Position numbers and translations under genes: made by a program. Under the pieces are notes generated by a model. The model was not told the origin of the DNA and searched no databases. It saw nothing but the letters and a program-made list of their open reading frames with translations. A stretch of DNA of 64,000 nt from Candidatus Poribacteria bacterium (GTDB taxonomy: Bacteria > Poribacteria > WGA-4E > JAJDTR01): contig CBDCTK010000002.1 of the NCBI GenBank assembly GCA_965222225.1, forward strand, positions 2,464,001-2,528,000, read 5' to 3'. Below are positions 20,947 to 31,626 of this stretch, one piece after another. Within the stretch, counting starts at the first letter, position 1; each line of letters starts with the position of its first letter.

Positions 20947-22896
20947 ATGCCTACAATTTCTCCACCACCATCGTCAGAATCCCGCCCTTCACAAGAAAGA
21001 GGAAAAGATATAGGTATTAAGGCTATCGGTTTGGGTATTCTGCTGATTCCTCTGAATATCTATTGGATCGTGCGACTCGAGGTCGTCGGATTTTCTTACC
21101 CAACCCTGGTTGTCCCGTTTACTAACGTCATCTTCCTATTCTTTATCCTCTTGTTTCTCAATCTTGCTTCAGGAAAGGTCCTTGGAAGAAGGTTTCTGAA
21201 TCAAGGAGAGCTTATCACGGTTTACGTCATGCTGAACATATCTTCAGCAATCGCCTCCACAGATATGCTCCAGGTTCTCGTCTCGACTATGGGGCATGCC
21301 TTTTACTTCGCAACGCCAGAAAACGAATGGAAGGAGCTTTTCTGGGACCACCTACCCCGTTGGCTTGTGGTACATGATGAAGCTGCACTTGAAGGCTTTT
21401 ATAACGGCGGAACCAGTTTCTACTCTTGGCAGAACGTAAAGGCATGGCTCCTGCCCGCATTGGTCTGGCTCTGCTTTATCGTCGTTCTTATCTTCATGAT
21501 GATTTGTCTCTGCAGTATTCTGCGCAGGCAGTGGACGGAGCGGGAAAAACTCACATATCCCGTGATCCGCCTCCCTCTAGAAATGTCGGAGCAGAAGTTC
21601 ACGTTTTTCAACAACAAGCTGATGTGGGTGGGATTCATAATCGCGGCTCTCATAAGCCTTATAAATGGTCTCGGGTTTTTCTTCCCCGCCGTGCCAGAAA
21701 TTCCAGTGAAACACAGAACAATCTCACATCTTTTCACCGAAAGACCTTGGAATCTGATGGGAGGCGTGGATCTCGCGTTTTATCCCTTCGTCGTAGGTGT
21801 GAGCTTTCTCATCCCGTTAGACCTTCTATTTTCATGCTGGATTTTCTTCTGGTATTATAAGGCAGAACTTATGTTCGGGGGGCTTATGGGTTACATGAAC
21901 TTGCCGAGATTCCCGTACCAGAGTGACCAGGCCTTTGGAGCGGTTATTAGTATCGTGCTTTTCACTCTTTGGAGGGGGAGGGCGCACTTGAAAAATGTGG
22001 TTTCAGGAATTTCGGGCCCAAAATCTGAAGCGGATGTCGATGAGCCTTTGCCTTACACATTTGCCGTCTTAGGATTTATATCCGGATTTTTCCTTCTTTC
22101 CATTTTCTCATCAAGGATAGGAATGAAGTTTTTAATTGTTCCAGTCTTTTTTGTGGCTTACTTTCTACTTGCGACGTTCATCACGCGAATGAGGGCAGAA
22201 ATTGGGCTCTGCGTACATTACATGGGGCATATTGAACCGAGGAAGATGATCACAGAGGAGCTCGGGACGAAATCTCTTGGAAGGGGAACCCTTACGGTTT
22301 TCGCCCTTTACAGCTTCTTCAACAGAGCATATAGGAGCCATCCGATGCCACATCAGCTTGAGGGATTCAAGCTGGCAAGTTCGTCAGGAATACGACTGCG
22401 GAGGCTTTCGTTGGCGATGCTTATCGCCGCTGCTCTCACGGTGTTAGTGGGATTTTGGGAGTATTTGCACATTTACTACAATTTTGGCGTTACATCCGGC
22501 TATTTCGGTCTTTGGATTGTAGGGTTTGGAAACGAGACTTTTTTTGGACTTCAAAACTGGATATACTATCCGACAGGAACCGACTGGGTAGGGGTCTCAT
22601 TCATGGGAATAGGGTTTCTGATATCATCTATCCTCATGTTCCTGCGTATCAGGTTCCTCTGGTTTCCCTTTCATCCACTCGGCTATGCGATGGCTGGTGA
22701 CTTGGGGATGTTTTGGTGCCCTTTCTTTGCGAGCTTTGTTCTGAAATGGATAATCCTCAAATACGGGGGACTAAAGCTATATCGAAGAGCCGTCCCATTC
22801 TTCTTAGGGCTTATGCTTGGAGATTTATTCATTGGAAGCGTTTGGAGCATCATCGGAATTGCAATGGACAGAACGATATACTCGCTTTTTCCTTAA
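20947..22896 (+). CDS. polytopic membrane protein (DUF6785/DUF6784-like, putative transporter)
   Basis: Many TM helices; RRQWTEREKLTYP, TRMRAEIG, WFPFHPLGY, FFLGLMLGD. Confidence 0.8.
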   Translation: MPTISPPPSSESRPSQERGKDIGIKAIGLGILLIPLNIYWIVRLEVVGFSYPTLVVPFTNVIFLFFILLFLNLASGKVLGRRFLNQGELITVYVMLNISSAIASTDMLQVLVSTMGHAFYFATPENEWKELFWDHLPRWLVVHDEAALEGFYNGGTSFYSWQNVKAWLLPALVWLCFIVVLIFMMICLCSILRRQWTEREKLTYPVIRLPLEMSEQKFTFFNNKLMWVGFIIAALISLINGLGFFFPAVPEIPVKHRTISHLFTERPWNLMGGVDLAFYPFVVGVSFLIPLDLLFSCWIFFWYYKAELMFGGLMGYMNLPRFPYQSDQAFGAVISIVLFTLWRGRAHLKNVVSGISGPKSEADVDEPLPYTFAVLGFISGFFLLSIFSSRIGMKFLIVPVFFVAYFLLATFITRMRAEIGLCVHYMGHIEPRKMITEELGTKSLGRGTLTVFALYSFFNRAYRSHPMPHQLEGFKLASSSGIRLRRLSLAMLIAAALTVLVGFWEYLHIYYNFGVTSGYFGLWIVGFGNETFFGLQNWIYYPTGTDWVGVSFMGIGFLISSILMFLRIRFLWFPFHPLGYAMAGDLGMFWCPFFASFVLKWIILKYGGLKLYRRAVPFFLGLMLGDLFIGSVWSIIGIAMDRTIYSLFP

Positions 22897-23137
22897 CCGC
22901 AATGAGCGCACTAGGGACTACCGGGCGCATTTGAATGAAAACGAATGGTATCCAGAGTATTTATAGAGGATTCCGTTGCTATCCACTAGCGATCTGTCGC
23001 TTCTGCTTGAAAAAAATATCAACAAATCCATTGCCAATAATGGAGATGAGTTCGAGCAAGGTTTAGCTTCCTCATTGTTTGTGTTCATGGTGAGCAAGCC
23101 ACAATTGGTATTTCTAATCCTGTCGCGATATCTCCTT

Positions 23138-25672
23138 TCATTCAAATTTGACGACTACCATCTTCCAGAACAACACCTGAGGTATTGTAACAGAGGCTTT
23201 GCCTTTGGAAATGTTAATCTTCAGAGGAACAGCCTGTGTTTTTGCCTTCTTACCCCAGGTCCAGGATTCACACGAGAGAGCCCAGGCATCCGCCTTCGTG
23301 CTGTTCTCAGGTAGCTCGACCTCGACTACGACATTCTTCACAGGATCCCGGAAACAGCAGCTCGGATCTCCTTCAATCTCTTCCGCTACCGGCGGATTGA
23401 TCAAGTGTATCACCAAATGGTCTTCCTCCTTTGATGAGAGGCGATAAACACTCTTCTTCCACCAGATGGGTTCATCCGATGTCATGCTCACGATTCCCTC
23501 TGGCTGATCTACCCGCCTCAGGTCGTTATCGTAGACAAAGCGGCCAAAACGCACCGCGAACTGGTTACGGTTTCCGGTAGGGAAACAAGAGTTCAAATAT
23601 GCTGACGAAACTACGGGATGGCCCCTTGTCGCAAGCGACACAATACCTCCATAGATATCATCGGGAGGGTATTTCCATCCACCTATGTACGGATGGTAAT
23701 GTCCTCCTAGCTTCGTGACCAGCTCACCTTCATCGGAGATCACTGAATAGAAGTTCCGCCAGATGTTATACGGTTCCTTTTTGCTCCTGATGTCATCCCA
23801 GGGAACTTCCAATCGATTGTACCACTGCGAGAACTCATTCAGCATCCATCCACCATCACGACACATCTCTTCCGTGAGTCTTAGGTCACGGTTCAACTCC
23901 GCCCAGGAACTATAATTGTAGCCCCATACAAGATTGGGCAGCTCCTTCGCCACTTTGAACTTCAGGCGCCTGAATATTGTCAACGTCTGCTCTATGGCTT
24001 CCTCAACAGTGGTGTTCAGTGGGTTGCCCCAAAAGTCGTAATAGGGAACGTACGGCCAAGCGAAATCAGCCGTGTACACCCCCATTCTGCCATCCCAGCG
24101 TATCCCATCCCATCCAAACATCTTCACCGAGGCGATAATCTGCTTCGCAACGTGATCCACCACCTCGGGTAACTTATGGTTGGGCATGATAGATCCCTTA
24201 CTCAACGGGATATTCAACTTTGCAACGTCTGACTCCATTCGCTTCCAATAAGCCCTGTACCTAACCCAGTCCGCCTGGGTTCCCTGCCAATCTGGCGAAT
24301 CTGGGTCAACATATCCATCATACCCAGACTGCTCAAGTGATTCCCAAAAGCGGGCCAGCCTCTCCATAGCATCAGGCTGGTAGTTGACATGAAAATCGCC
24401 GGCTCGCTTTTCGTATATGCTCCTATTGTACGCGTCTTGTACGTTTTCAAGGTTTTCAGAGGTTCCCGGGGCATGATAAATAAACCACTCCGGCTTTTCC
24501 CTAATCAGCTTCATTAGGTAAGGGCCACCCCACGCGTAAGGACTGAGATAGAGGGTTACACCAATCCCGTGCTTCTTCAAGGCAGTTACAGCATATCTCA
24601 TTTCATGCTTACTGACCATCCACCCAGCTTGGTTGTCAAACCACACCGGCTCTGTGGGAGCCATATAGAGCAGTTCTTCAGGCATCCGTCCCAGTTCTAC
24701 ATTAGTGCAATAACCCTTCTGCCGTCTTCCTATTTCTACACACGCCAATATCTCCTCATCAGAATGGCCACCACCCATAGTAATAGCGTGGTGCCAGTAG
24801 ATAATGGGCTCGGGGGGCTCTACATCAAAACCACTACTCTGGCTGACCGCCCATATGTTGTCATGTACGGTGAAGAATTCACTCATCTGGTCAAGGACTT
24901 TCCCATCTTGCTCTAACGTTGCCCGAACTTCGTAACCCCACTTGTCGTTAAGTTCGCTGAGCGGAAATTTGACGTCCAGGGCGCTTCCAGGCTCTATCTC
25001 CACCGTCCTTTCACCAATCGACCTGCGCTTTCCCAGGTCATGAAAGAGTTCGAGGCTCAAGTCGACCTTCTCCGCTTGCGCGGATACACTTTCCAGGGAG
25101 ACAGTAACATCTCCGGTCTGGCCTGGAACATACCTGACACGATCTGGCCATACCGCTTTCAGTCGGGCCGGCGTTACATCGCCTTGCCGAATAAGATCAA
25201 TGGCATCGAGGTAGAGAGTGGGAGTTCCTTCTTTACCGCTCCAGTGCATGGATATCTCAAGAGGAGTTCCCCCCAATTCACACGCCAAAACAAAATCCTG
25301 ATAGCCATTTTTCCATTTCAAATCGTAACCATAAACTACGTCGTAGTGTGCGATTTCTCCACCTTCGCGCACTTCTATCCGCCACCCTTTACCAAGGTCA
25401 AACAGATTCTCTGCCTTAAGTCTGAAAGAGAGCTGATATTTGCCGGGATTGAGAGATTCGGAGAACCGGAGAAGGATTATTTCTTTCCCTTCAATTTCAG
25501 ATGATATCTGAAGCGCTCTCCCACCGGATGCATCTGCATCACGCACAATTCTTACCTTTTGATGTCGAAACACTTCGCGGGCTTCAGCTTCTATGCGCCA
25601 ACGCTCTTCCGTCTCTGCTTGCAGGGATATCAATAAAGGCATTACCATAATGATGTGGACTAGCTCAGGCAT
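23138..25672 (-). CDS. secreted glycoside hydrolase-like protein (CBM-like N-terminus, GH66-like core)
   Basis: Signal peptide, Ig-like segment, FGWDGIRWD, VIHLINPP; family assignment tentative. Confidence 0.55.
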   Translation of the reverse strand: MPELVHIIMVMPLLISLQAETEERWRIEAEAREVFRHQKVRIVRDADASGGRALQISSEIEGKEIILLRFSESLNPGKYQLSFRLKAENLFDLGKGWRIEVREGGEIAHYDVVYGYDLKWKNGYQDFVLACELGGTPLEISMHWSGKEGTPTLYLDAIDLIRQGDVTPARLKAVWPDRVRYVPGQTGDVTVSLESVSAQAEKVDLSLELFHDLGKRRSIGERTVEIEPGSALDVKFPLSELNDKWGYEVRATLEQDGKVLDQMSEFFTVHDNIWAVSQSSGFDVEPPEPIIYWHHAITMGGGHSDEEILACVEIGRRQKGYCTNVELGRMPEELLYMAPTEPVWFDNQAGWMVSKHEMRYAVTALKKHGIGVTLYLSPYAWGGPYLMKLIREKPEWFIYHAPGTSENLENVQDAYNRSIYEKRAGDFHVNYQPDAMERLARFWESLEQSGYDGYVDPDSPDWQGTQADWVRYRAYWKRMESDVAKLNIPLSKGSIMPNHKLPEVVDHVAKQIIASVKMFGWDGIRWDGRMGVYTADFAWPYVPYYDFWGNPLNTTVEEAIEQTLTIFRRLKFKVAKELPNLVWGYNYSSWAELNRDLRLTEEMCRDGGWMLNEFSQWYNRLEVPWDDIRSKKEPYNIWRNFYSVISDEGELVTKLGGHYHPYIGGWKYPPDDIYGGIVSLATRGHPVVSSAYLNSCFPTGNRNQFAVRFGRFVYDNDLRRVDQPEGIVSMTSDEPIWWKKSVYRLSSKEEDHLVIHLINPPVAEEIEGDPSCCFRDPVKNVVVEVELPENSTKADAWALSCESWTWGKKAKTQAVPLKINISKGKASVTIPQVLFWKMVVVKFE

Positions 25673-26023
25673 CGCTTACCTCCTCATTGTCTAAGAGTGT
25701 GTGAAAAGCCCAACGAACCTTTCGGCACGTTCATATTGCCGCGGGTATTTTGAAAAATGTGCATTAGTCCATTGGATGGTTCACATACTCTGCTGGTGAA
25801 TTGCCAAGACCGTTGGTCGAGGCTTGGTTTTGGCGTGAGTTCAGCGAAACGGCAATCTAAGCGGAACGAGAAACAGTTGTCAGAACTTACCATCTTCTTG
25901 ATTATTACAGTAGTCTGAAGAATGAGATTGTTTCATGCTCAAAATAGTTGCAAATTGGCTTTGTAACCCGGCGACGGTTGGCAGAGCACCGCTTTTCATA
26001 TGCCCTATAAGCGCAAGATCGTA

Positions 26024-26779
26024 TCATAATTTATGTTCACGGTGAGCGAGCCAGTACAAAACCTTACTCAACAATTCCGGCCAATTCTGCCACCTGTAGA
26101 ACATCGTTTTCCATTCCGGCGCTGTTCCATAGGGTGTGCCCACAAAGCAGGCAACCCTACCGCCTCCGAATTCACCGGATACCAGAAACGGTTTCTCTCC
26201 AGCACGGATAGTGACATCGCCTCCGGTGCGGACCTGGACACGGTGAATGAACGGTGAAACCAAATGTGTTGGCAATGTTACATCAGCAATAATCGGATTT
26301 TCCCCCGGAGCAAGTATTCCCTCAACCCGTTCTATATCAAAAGGTGTGTCGGCTATCTCTAATGGGAGAACCTCATCCAGAACTGAACCCCGGATTCCAC
26401 TTGCACCATAAGCAACTTTTCCTCCCAGTATCAGAAACCCTTTCCCTTCTCTTATCGCATCCCTTAAAAGCTGAAGCTGTTCTGTATCGAGAATCCTTAC
26501 GCTTGTGTTCACAAAGACGATTACATCAATATGCTGTAACTCTTCCCAGCTCCTGGGAAAGTTCTCTATCTTTAGGTGATGCTGGTTGTAGTAGAGGTGG
26601 ATCACTTCGAGCCCTTGTGTCACTTGTTCCACCTTGTAGAGATACCCTAACAACCCTTTTACGAGCAGTATCCGGAGCGGAGCACCCGTGGTTCTTTTTT
26701 GCTCTCCGGCGTTCCGTGACCATACGTGGGATGCAACAAGCGCGAACAGAATGCTACAGATAATAACCTGTTTCAACAC
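26024..26779 (-). CDS. secreted class I glutamine amidotransferase-like (DUF1355-type) domain protein
   Basis: DVIVFVN, EGKGFLILGG..YG, LDEVLPL, GEFGGGRVA. Confidence 0.65.
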   Translation of the reverse strand: MLKQVIICSILFALVASHVWSRNAGEQKRTTGAPLRILLVKGLLGYLYKVEQVTQGLEVIHLYYNQHHLKIENFPRSWEELQHIDVIVFVNTSVRILDTEQLQLLRDAIREGKGFLILGGKVAYGASGIRGSVLDEVLPLEIADTPFDIERVEGILAPGENPIIADVTLPTHLVSPFIHRVQVRTGGDVTIRAGEKPFLVSGEFGGGRVACFVGTPYGTAPEWKTMFYRWQNWPELLSKVLYWLAHREHKL

Positions 26780-27060
26780 AATTTTCTCCTCCCGTTAAAT
26801 TATTCGACAATGCCCAAATGAAAGATGACGGCTCTGAAAATGCGAACAAGGTGCTTTTCCCATATGGAAGTTTACCTTTAGCCCAAATCTTTGTGTGCGT
26901 AGAAAAATGAGACCCGTTGGGTAAAGGTATGTAACTTTATGAGGAGTCGTCATTATTCCGAATAACGAGAATTCTGGCGCAGATTTCCCAATCTGCGAGA
27001 CTCAGCAACGTCACGATTGGATCTCGATTTTCATCAGCGGCTCATAGTGGCTGTCTTGCT

Positions 27061-30000
27061 TTAGCGCACCCGGATGATCGCCCTAACCTGGTGTCCGCCA
27101 GTCCATTCGGTGACTTTCACCTTCCAGTTGCCGGGTATGTGGTTGTGGGCCGGGCTCAGTTGGAGTGTTAACTGTCCCTTCTCTACCACATAGGTGCCAC
27201 TACCTTCTAGGGACAAGCCCTCAGGGGTATGTATTTCCACCTCCACCGGATAGAGGCCCACAACGTGCCTTTCGCCTCCCATGAGTTCAACCTCCACTGT
27301 CGCGAGCTCTCCACGTGGCAACGACTCTGGCGCCACAATATTAACCTTGGTTACCCGGCTAGGATACAACGCAATCAGCGTTCCGCCCAGGCGCTCCATG
27401 TCCACCGTAAACTCGGTGCGATTACCCATTGTCTCGGTCTCCAACCACTTTTGGTTCACAAGGTCATAGACCTGGTAGTTACCGTCGGGAACACTCACCG
27501 TTGTCGAAAACCGATTGGTGTAAACGCCGCGCTCGGTTAAAAACTCCTTTACGTCTGCTCGCCGCTTCGCTCGGGGTTCCGTCGGAAACCCATCAGTCAT
27601 CGTTACCCGGCGTTCGCGCAGGAATAGGTACTCATCCTGGGTATGGATGTTCACCAGCCATAGATAGGTCACCCCATCCCCTTCAAACCGCCGGATGACC
27701 AGATCTGAACTTGGCGAATCCGCCCAGGGCTTGACAAACGCCTCCAGTGCATCCTTGACAACCGATATCCGGTCTGGGTGAAAATAGTCCTCAACGCCAG
27801 GGGCGGGTAACCATGGGTAATTCACATTCAGGTGGGTGCGCTTCTTTCCCATGGCCAGATCAACATCCAGCTTCAGGGCACCGATTATGGGGATTCTGGT
27901 GGTTGCATCGACCAGAACAGTTCCACCGGAGTTAATGTAGTTTTCAAGTGCTTTGACCTCGCTCTCACTCATCCACTCCACGTTCCAAAGCAGCAGCGCT
28001 TCCTTGTCCCCGATGGCGCCGGAGATGATTTCTTCGCTGCTCACGGTATCGGCATCAACATGCGCCGACATCAGGTTGGCAAAGGGATAGACGGCTGATA
28101 TGGGATACCGCCACACGTGAGCGTACTGGGTATAAGGCAGGAAAAAGCCAATCTTTGCCGAAGCCGGCCGCAGTTTGGATAACAGCGGCCCAAGGGGTTT
28201 GATTACCTTACGGGCAAGCTTTCCCAACTCATCCCACTCTTCTGGTTCTTTAAATTCATAAGCGAAGTAATTCAACCCCTTCACCCCTCCAGCCAGATGC
28301 AGGAAGAACGTGTTTCTGACATAACTGGGTTCGTTCAAGTATGTGTAGAAAATATCTGGCATCGTCCATAGCGGCATATTCCGGTTGTTCATACGCATGA
28401 TATTGTCCCTATACAGGTTGGCGATGAGCGGCTGCCAGTAAGAAAGATAACAGTAATAGTACAGAAGATTGAACCCGTTTGGCCCGAACTGGTCAGGCGG
28501 ATACTGGCCAACAACCCAGACTGGGTGCGTGGGAGGCTGAGGAACCGGTCCCACCCGTCCCTCGGGGAATACCCTTGTGAAGGCACTGGTCACCGCTTTG
28601 TTGAATTCCCCGCCAATTTCCCGGGTGGTGAAGCGAACCCATTGCAGCCAGGGGTCTTTGTCCGGGACAATTCCCTTCGGCCGATCTATCTGCCCGATAT
28701 TGAACGGATACCACACGTATCCGGTGTCCGCCGCGACCTCTGGGGGAGCCGGGGGGTCTAGCCCGGTGAGTTCTTTGAACCTCTTCTTCGCGTAATCAGA
28801 ATAGTCCCATCGATAGCGATTTGCCTGGTCATCCATAGTGTCCATATACGGCCATATCGCGGGATAAGGCGCAATCTTTTCGAGCCCCTCTATGAAATCA
28901 GCCGCTATCGCTTCCCGCAGCTTCGGATGGATCAGTCCTAAAGCTGCTTTGCCCGGCTCACCGAAAAGCAACTGGCCGCCGGGCCTATGGATATAAACCT
29001 CCGGAGCTTTTTCAACTGTAAGAGCGTCTCGCCTGGGTTTGCTAACCATGTCCCGAAGCGCACAACGCATTCCCTGTCTTAAAACGGCGTCGAAAAGCGC
29101 GGGGTCTGCGTCAGTCCCTATACATGGGAAGACCGCATGGGCTGCCATATCAGCCAGTGCCATTTCAAATCGGTAGGGATTTCCACTCCTGCGTACCCAG
29201 CGTATACCGAGCCAGAAGCACGGGTCACGGGGTTTTGCACACAGATCGATTTCTAAATCACGAGATTCGACCGTTCGATCCGCGGCAGAGGCAATCACGG
29301 CTAATTGGTAACGCCCGGGTCTCAGGTCTGCGGTCGGGATGCGGGCCATCACCTTCTCGGTATCAGTCCAGGGGTACTCTTCATTCCACAAGACGTTCCC
29401 ATGTTCTTTTAGGGAAAAGCGGATGGACTCAGCGGCGACAGCGCCGGGCCTTCCCCTGAGCGAAGCGAAGAGTTTGCCCGCCTTCGCCTCCACCGGAATA
29501 ACTTCGCCGCGAGCAAATGCGCGACGGTCCCGCGGTGCGTCTAAGAGCACCACAAGGGGCATTTCGGATGGAGGAACATACGCCGGAAGTGGAGGGGGCG
29601 CGGTTACCGGCTCCCCAACATACAACGCCAACTTGTATACCTGCTGCTGCACCGCAGGCTCCGAAAGGTTGGTGCCCCTTAAGGTCTGGATAAAACCGCT
29701 CCAGGGGAACTTAGCGTTATAGTTGACGAACCAATCCATTGCGAGGTAGGCGTCGTTTTCTTTGGACTGAAATTGGGTAAGCGCCAGGGTCACATCCTTG
29801 ATAGGGACGGCGAACGAACTGCTGGAAGGAATGGCAAGTCCCCACGCGTCACCTTCAGGGGTTATCTGAATCCGTCCAGCACCATTGACCCTCGTGTAAT
29901 AGTCGTATGCGAACTCTCCCGGACCGCTGATCTCGCGATGTCTCACCTCGGGACGATTATCGCTCTGGGAATACCAGAACGACACCTCACCCAACCAGAC

Positions 30001-30384
30001 GACCCTGCCCCCCGCATTGACGTACTGACGGATAGTCCATCCGTTCGTCTCATCAAATTCCCTCTCCAACACCGATTCAGGGGCTATACCCATCGGAACG
30101 ACAGCCACTGTCTTGTGGGCACCAGAATCGATCTTTTCCTTCATCCATTCCCCGATCGCCATCGCATTAAGTATTTGAAATCCGTGATTCTCGAGATATT
30201 TCACTAGGACATCCGCGTGGGACGCCGCCCAAGTATCATAACGGGCATCGTAGTAGACAACTTTGTGCTCCCAGGTGACCGGCTGCGCCGTCTCGCCCAT
30301 TGCTCCCACAATCGGATTCAATAATTCCGCCACTGCAAAACTTGCCCCTAATAAGAACATCTGGGTTTGCACCAAGCCTACCAT
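27061..30384 (-). CDS. large GH42-like protein with beta-galactosidase trimerisation-like domain
   Basis: 1107-aa ORF; HLAGGVKGLNYFAY, ALENYINSGGTVLVD. Confidence 0.6.
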   Translation of the reverse strand: MVGLVQTQMFLLGASFAVAELLNPIVGAMGETAQPVTWEHKVVYYDARYDTWAASHADVLVKYLENHGFQILNAMAIGEWMKEKIDSGAHKTVAVVPMGIAPESVLEREFDETNGWTIRQYVNAGGRVVWLGEVSFWYSQSDNRPEVRHREISGPGEFAYDYYTRVNGAGRIQITPEGDAWGLAIPSSSSFAVPIKDVTLALTQFQSKENDAYLAMDWFVNYNAKFPWSGFIQTLRGTNLSEPAVQQQVYKLALYVGEPVTAPPPLPAYVPPSEMPLVVLLDAPRDRRAFARGEVIPVEAKAGKLFASLRGRPGAVAAESIRFSLKEHGNVLWNEEYPWTDTEKVMARIPTADLRPGRYQLAVIASAADRTVESRDLEIDLCAKPRDPCFWLGIRWVRRSGNPYRFEMALADMAAHAVFPCIGTDADPALFDAVLRQGMRCALRDMVSKPRRDALTVEKAPEVYIHRPGGQLLFGEPGKAALGLIHPKLREAIAADFIEGLEKIAPYPAIWPYMDTMDDQANRYRWDYSDYAKKRFKELTGLDPPAPPEVAADTGYVWYPFNIGQIDRPKGIVPDKDPWLQWVRFTTREIGGEFNKAVTSAFTRVFPEGRVGPVPQPPTHPVWVVGQYPPDQFGPNGFNLLYYYCYLSYWQPLIANLYRDNIMRMNNRNMPLWTMPDIFYTYLNEPSYVRNTFFLHLAGGVKGLNYFAYEFKEPEEWDELGKLARKVIKPLGPLLSKLRPASAKIGFFLPYTQYAHVWRYPISAVYPFANLMSAHVDADTVSSEEIISGAIGDKEALLLWNVEWMSESEVKALENYINSGGTVLVDATTRIPIIGALKLDVDLAMGKKRTHLNVNYPWLPAPGVEDYFHPDRISVVKDALEAFVKPWADSPSSDLVIRRFEGDGVTYLWLVNIHTQDEYLFLRERRVTMTDGFPTEPRAKRRADVKEFLTERGVYTNRFSTTVSVPDGNYQVYDLVNQKWLETETMGNRTEFTVDMERLGGTLIALYPSRVTKVNIVAPESLPRGELATVEVELMGGERHVVGLYPVEVEIHTPEGLSLEGSGTYVVEKGQLTLQLSPAHNHIPGNWKVKVTEWTGGHQVRAIIRVR

Positions 30385-30591
30385 CAGATTTTCCTTCTAT
30401 CTTTAAGATTGTTTGCACTGAAAAATTTGACCATAACGAATCGCAGGGGCAGTGCGCGAACCACTCCTACCGGGAGCAATTCTATGCGGCTACCGCATCA
30501 AGCTCATCTCATCTGAAACGACAAATGGCTAACGACATGCGGACTGAACCAATTGATGAAATCGCCATAGGCCCGGGGCTTAGATCTCATG

Positions 30592-31569
30592 CTAACCCGA
30601 TGTTTCTACGTTTCGAGGCATTCTGTTCGCCTTGGTGAATGCCCAAACGTCTGTGTAAAGGATTTCGCCGTCCCGTCCACCGATAACCCACAGCCTATCA
30701 TCATAGACCAAACACGACGGGGCGTGTCGTGCAGACCACGTCGCTCGCCTATCTGCTTCTTGCCAGTGCCTTCCGTCACGCGAGAACCAGACATCATTCA
30801 GATTCTTCTCATGGGGCATGGTACCCTCAAGGGCGCGCGCCCCTGCAATGACCCACATCTTGTTGTCATACACAACTGAACAGTGAAAACATCGGCCGCT
30901 CCACTGTGCATTCTCCGTGACTTCCTGCCAGTTCTCTCCATCGCTCGAACACCAAACATCATTGTGCTCGATCACGGTATTGTAGAGACCACCGCCGATA
31001 ACCCAAATCTTGTTGTCAAAGACTACGGACGTGTGCATAGCCCGCGGCCCCCAGAGCGCGTTATTCGTGACCTGCTCCCAATTTTTCCCGTCACTCGAAC
31101 ACCACACCTCACTATTATGGGTGAAGTCACTGGCATGGAGCCCACCCATTATCCACATCTTGTCGTCGAATACAACAGCGGTAGCTGCGCCCCGCATACT
31201 CCACGCCGCGTTATTTGTGGCCTGCTCCCAGTTCACACCATCACTCGAATGCCATACATCATTATAAGTATCCAGTTCAAAATTCTTAAACCCCCCTATA
31301 ATCCACATTCTATCATCATACACCACGCAGCAAGCACAGTTTCGTTTGCCCCATGCCGCTGACCCTGTGGCCATGCGCCAGCCTACACCATCACTTGAAT
31401 ACCAAACGTCATTAACGCGTTCCGGAGTCCACCCACCTAGCAACCACATTTTTCCACCGTATACCAGGTGCCCCATAGAGTCACGGCCGCTCCAAGGCGC
31501 CGCATTCGTTATCCGTCCCCAGACAATTTCATCAGCGCGCTCCGCCGAATTCGAAGAATTATTTCTCAT
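30592..31569 (-). CDS. Kelch-like beta-propeller repeat protein
   Basis: Six repeats of WSxR...VVYDDKMWIIGG...NDVWxSSDGxNW. Confidence 0.85.
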   Translation of the reverse strand: MRNNSSNSAERADEIVWGRITNAAPWSGRDSMGHLVYGGKMWLLGGWTPERVNDVWYSSDGVGWRMATGSAAWGKRNCACCVVYDDRMWIIGGFKNFELDTYNDVWHSSDGVNWEQATNNAAWSMRGAATAVVFDDKMWIMGGLHASDFTHNSEVWCSSDGKNWEQVTNNALWGPRAMHTSVVFDNKIWVIGGGLYNTVIEHNDVWCSSDGENWQEVTENAQWSGRCFHCSVVYDNKMWVIAGARALEGTMPHEKNLNDVWFSRDGRHWQEADRRATWSARHAPSCLVYDDRLWVIGGRDGEILYTDVWAFTKANRMPRNVETSG

Positions 31570-31626
31570 GGACGTTCCTTTTAGTAACCTTGATAACGAA
31601 ATGTGGACTGACTTAATTGACGAAAT

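Noticed and set aside
22918-23145. 75-aa ORF overlapping the stop of the GH66-like gene
   Set aside because: No recognisable motif; may be a decayed fragment.
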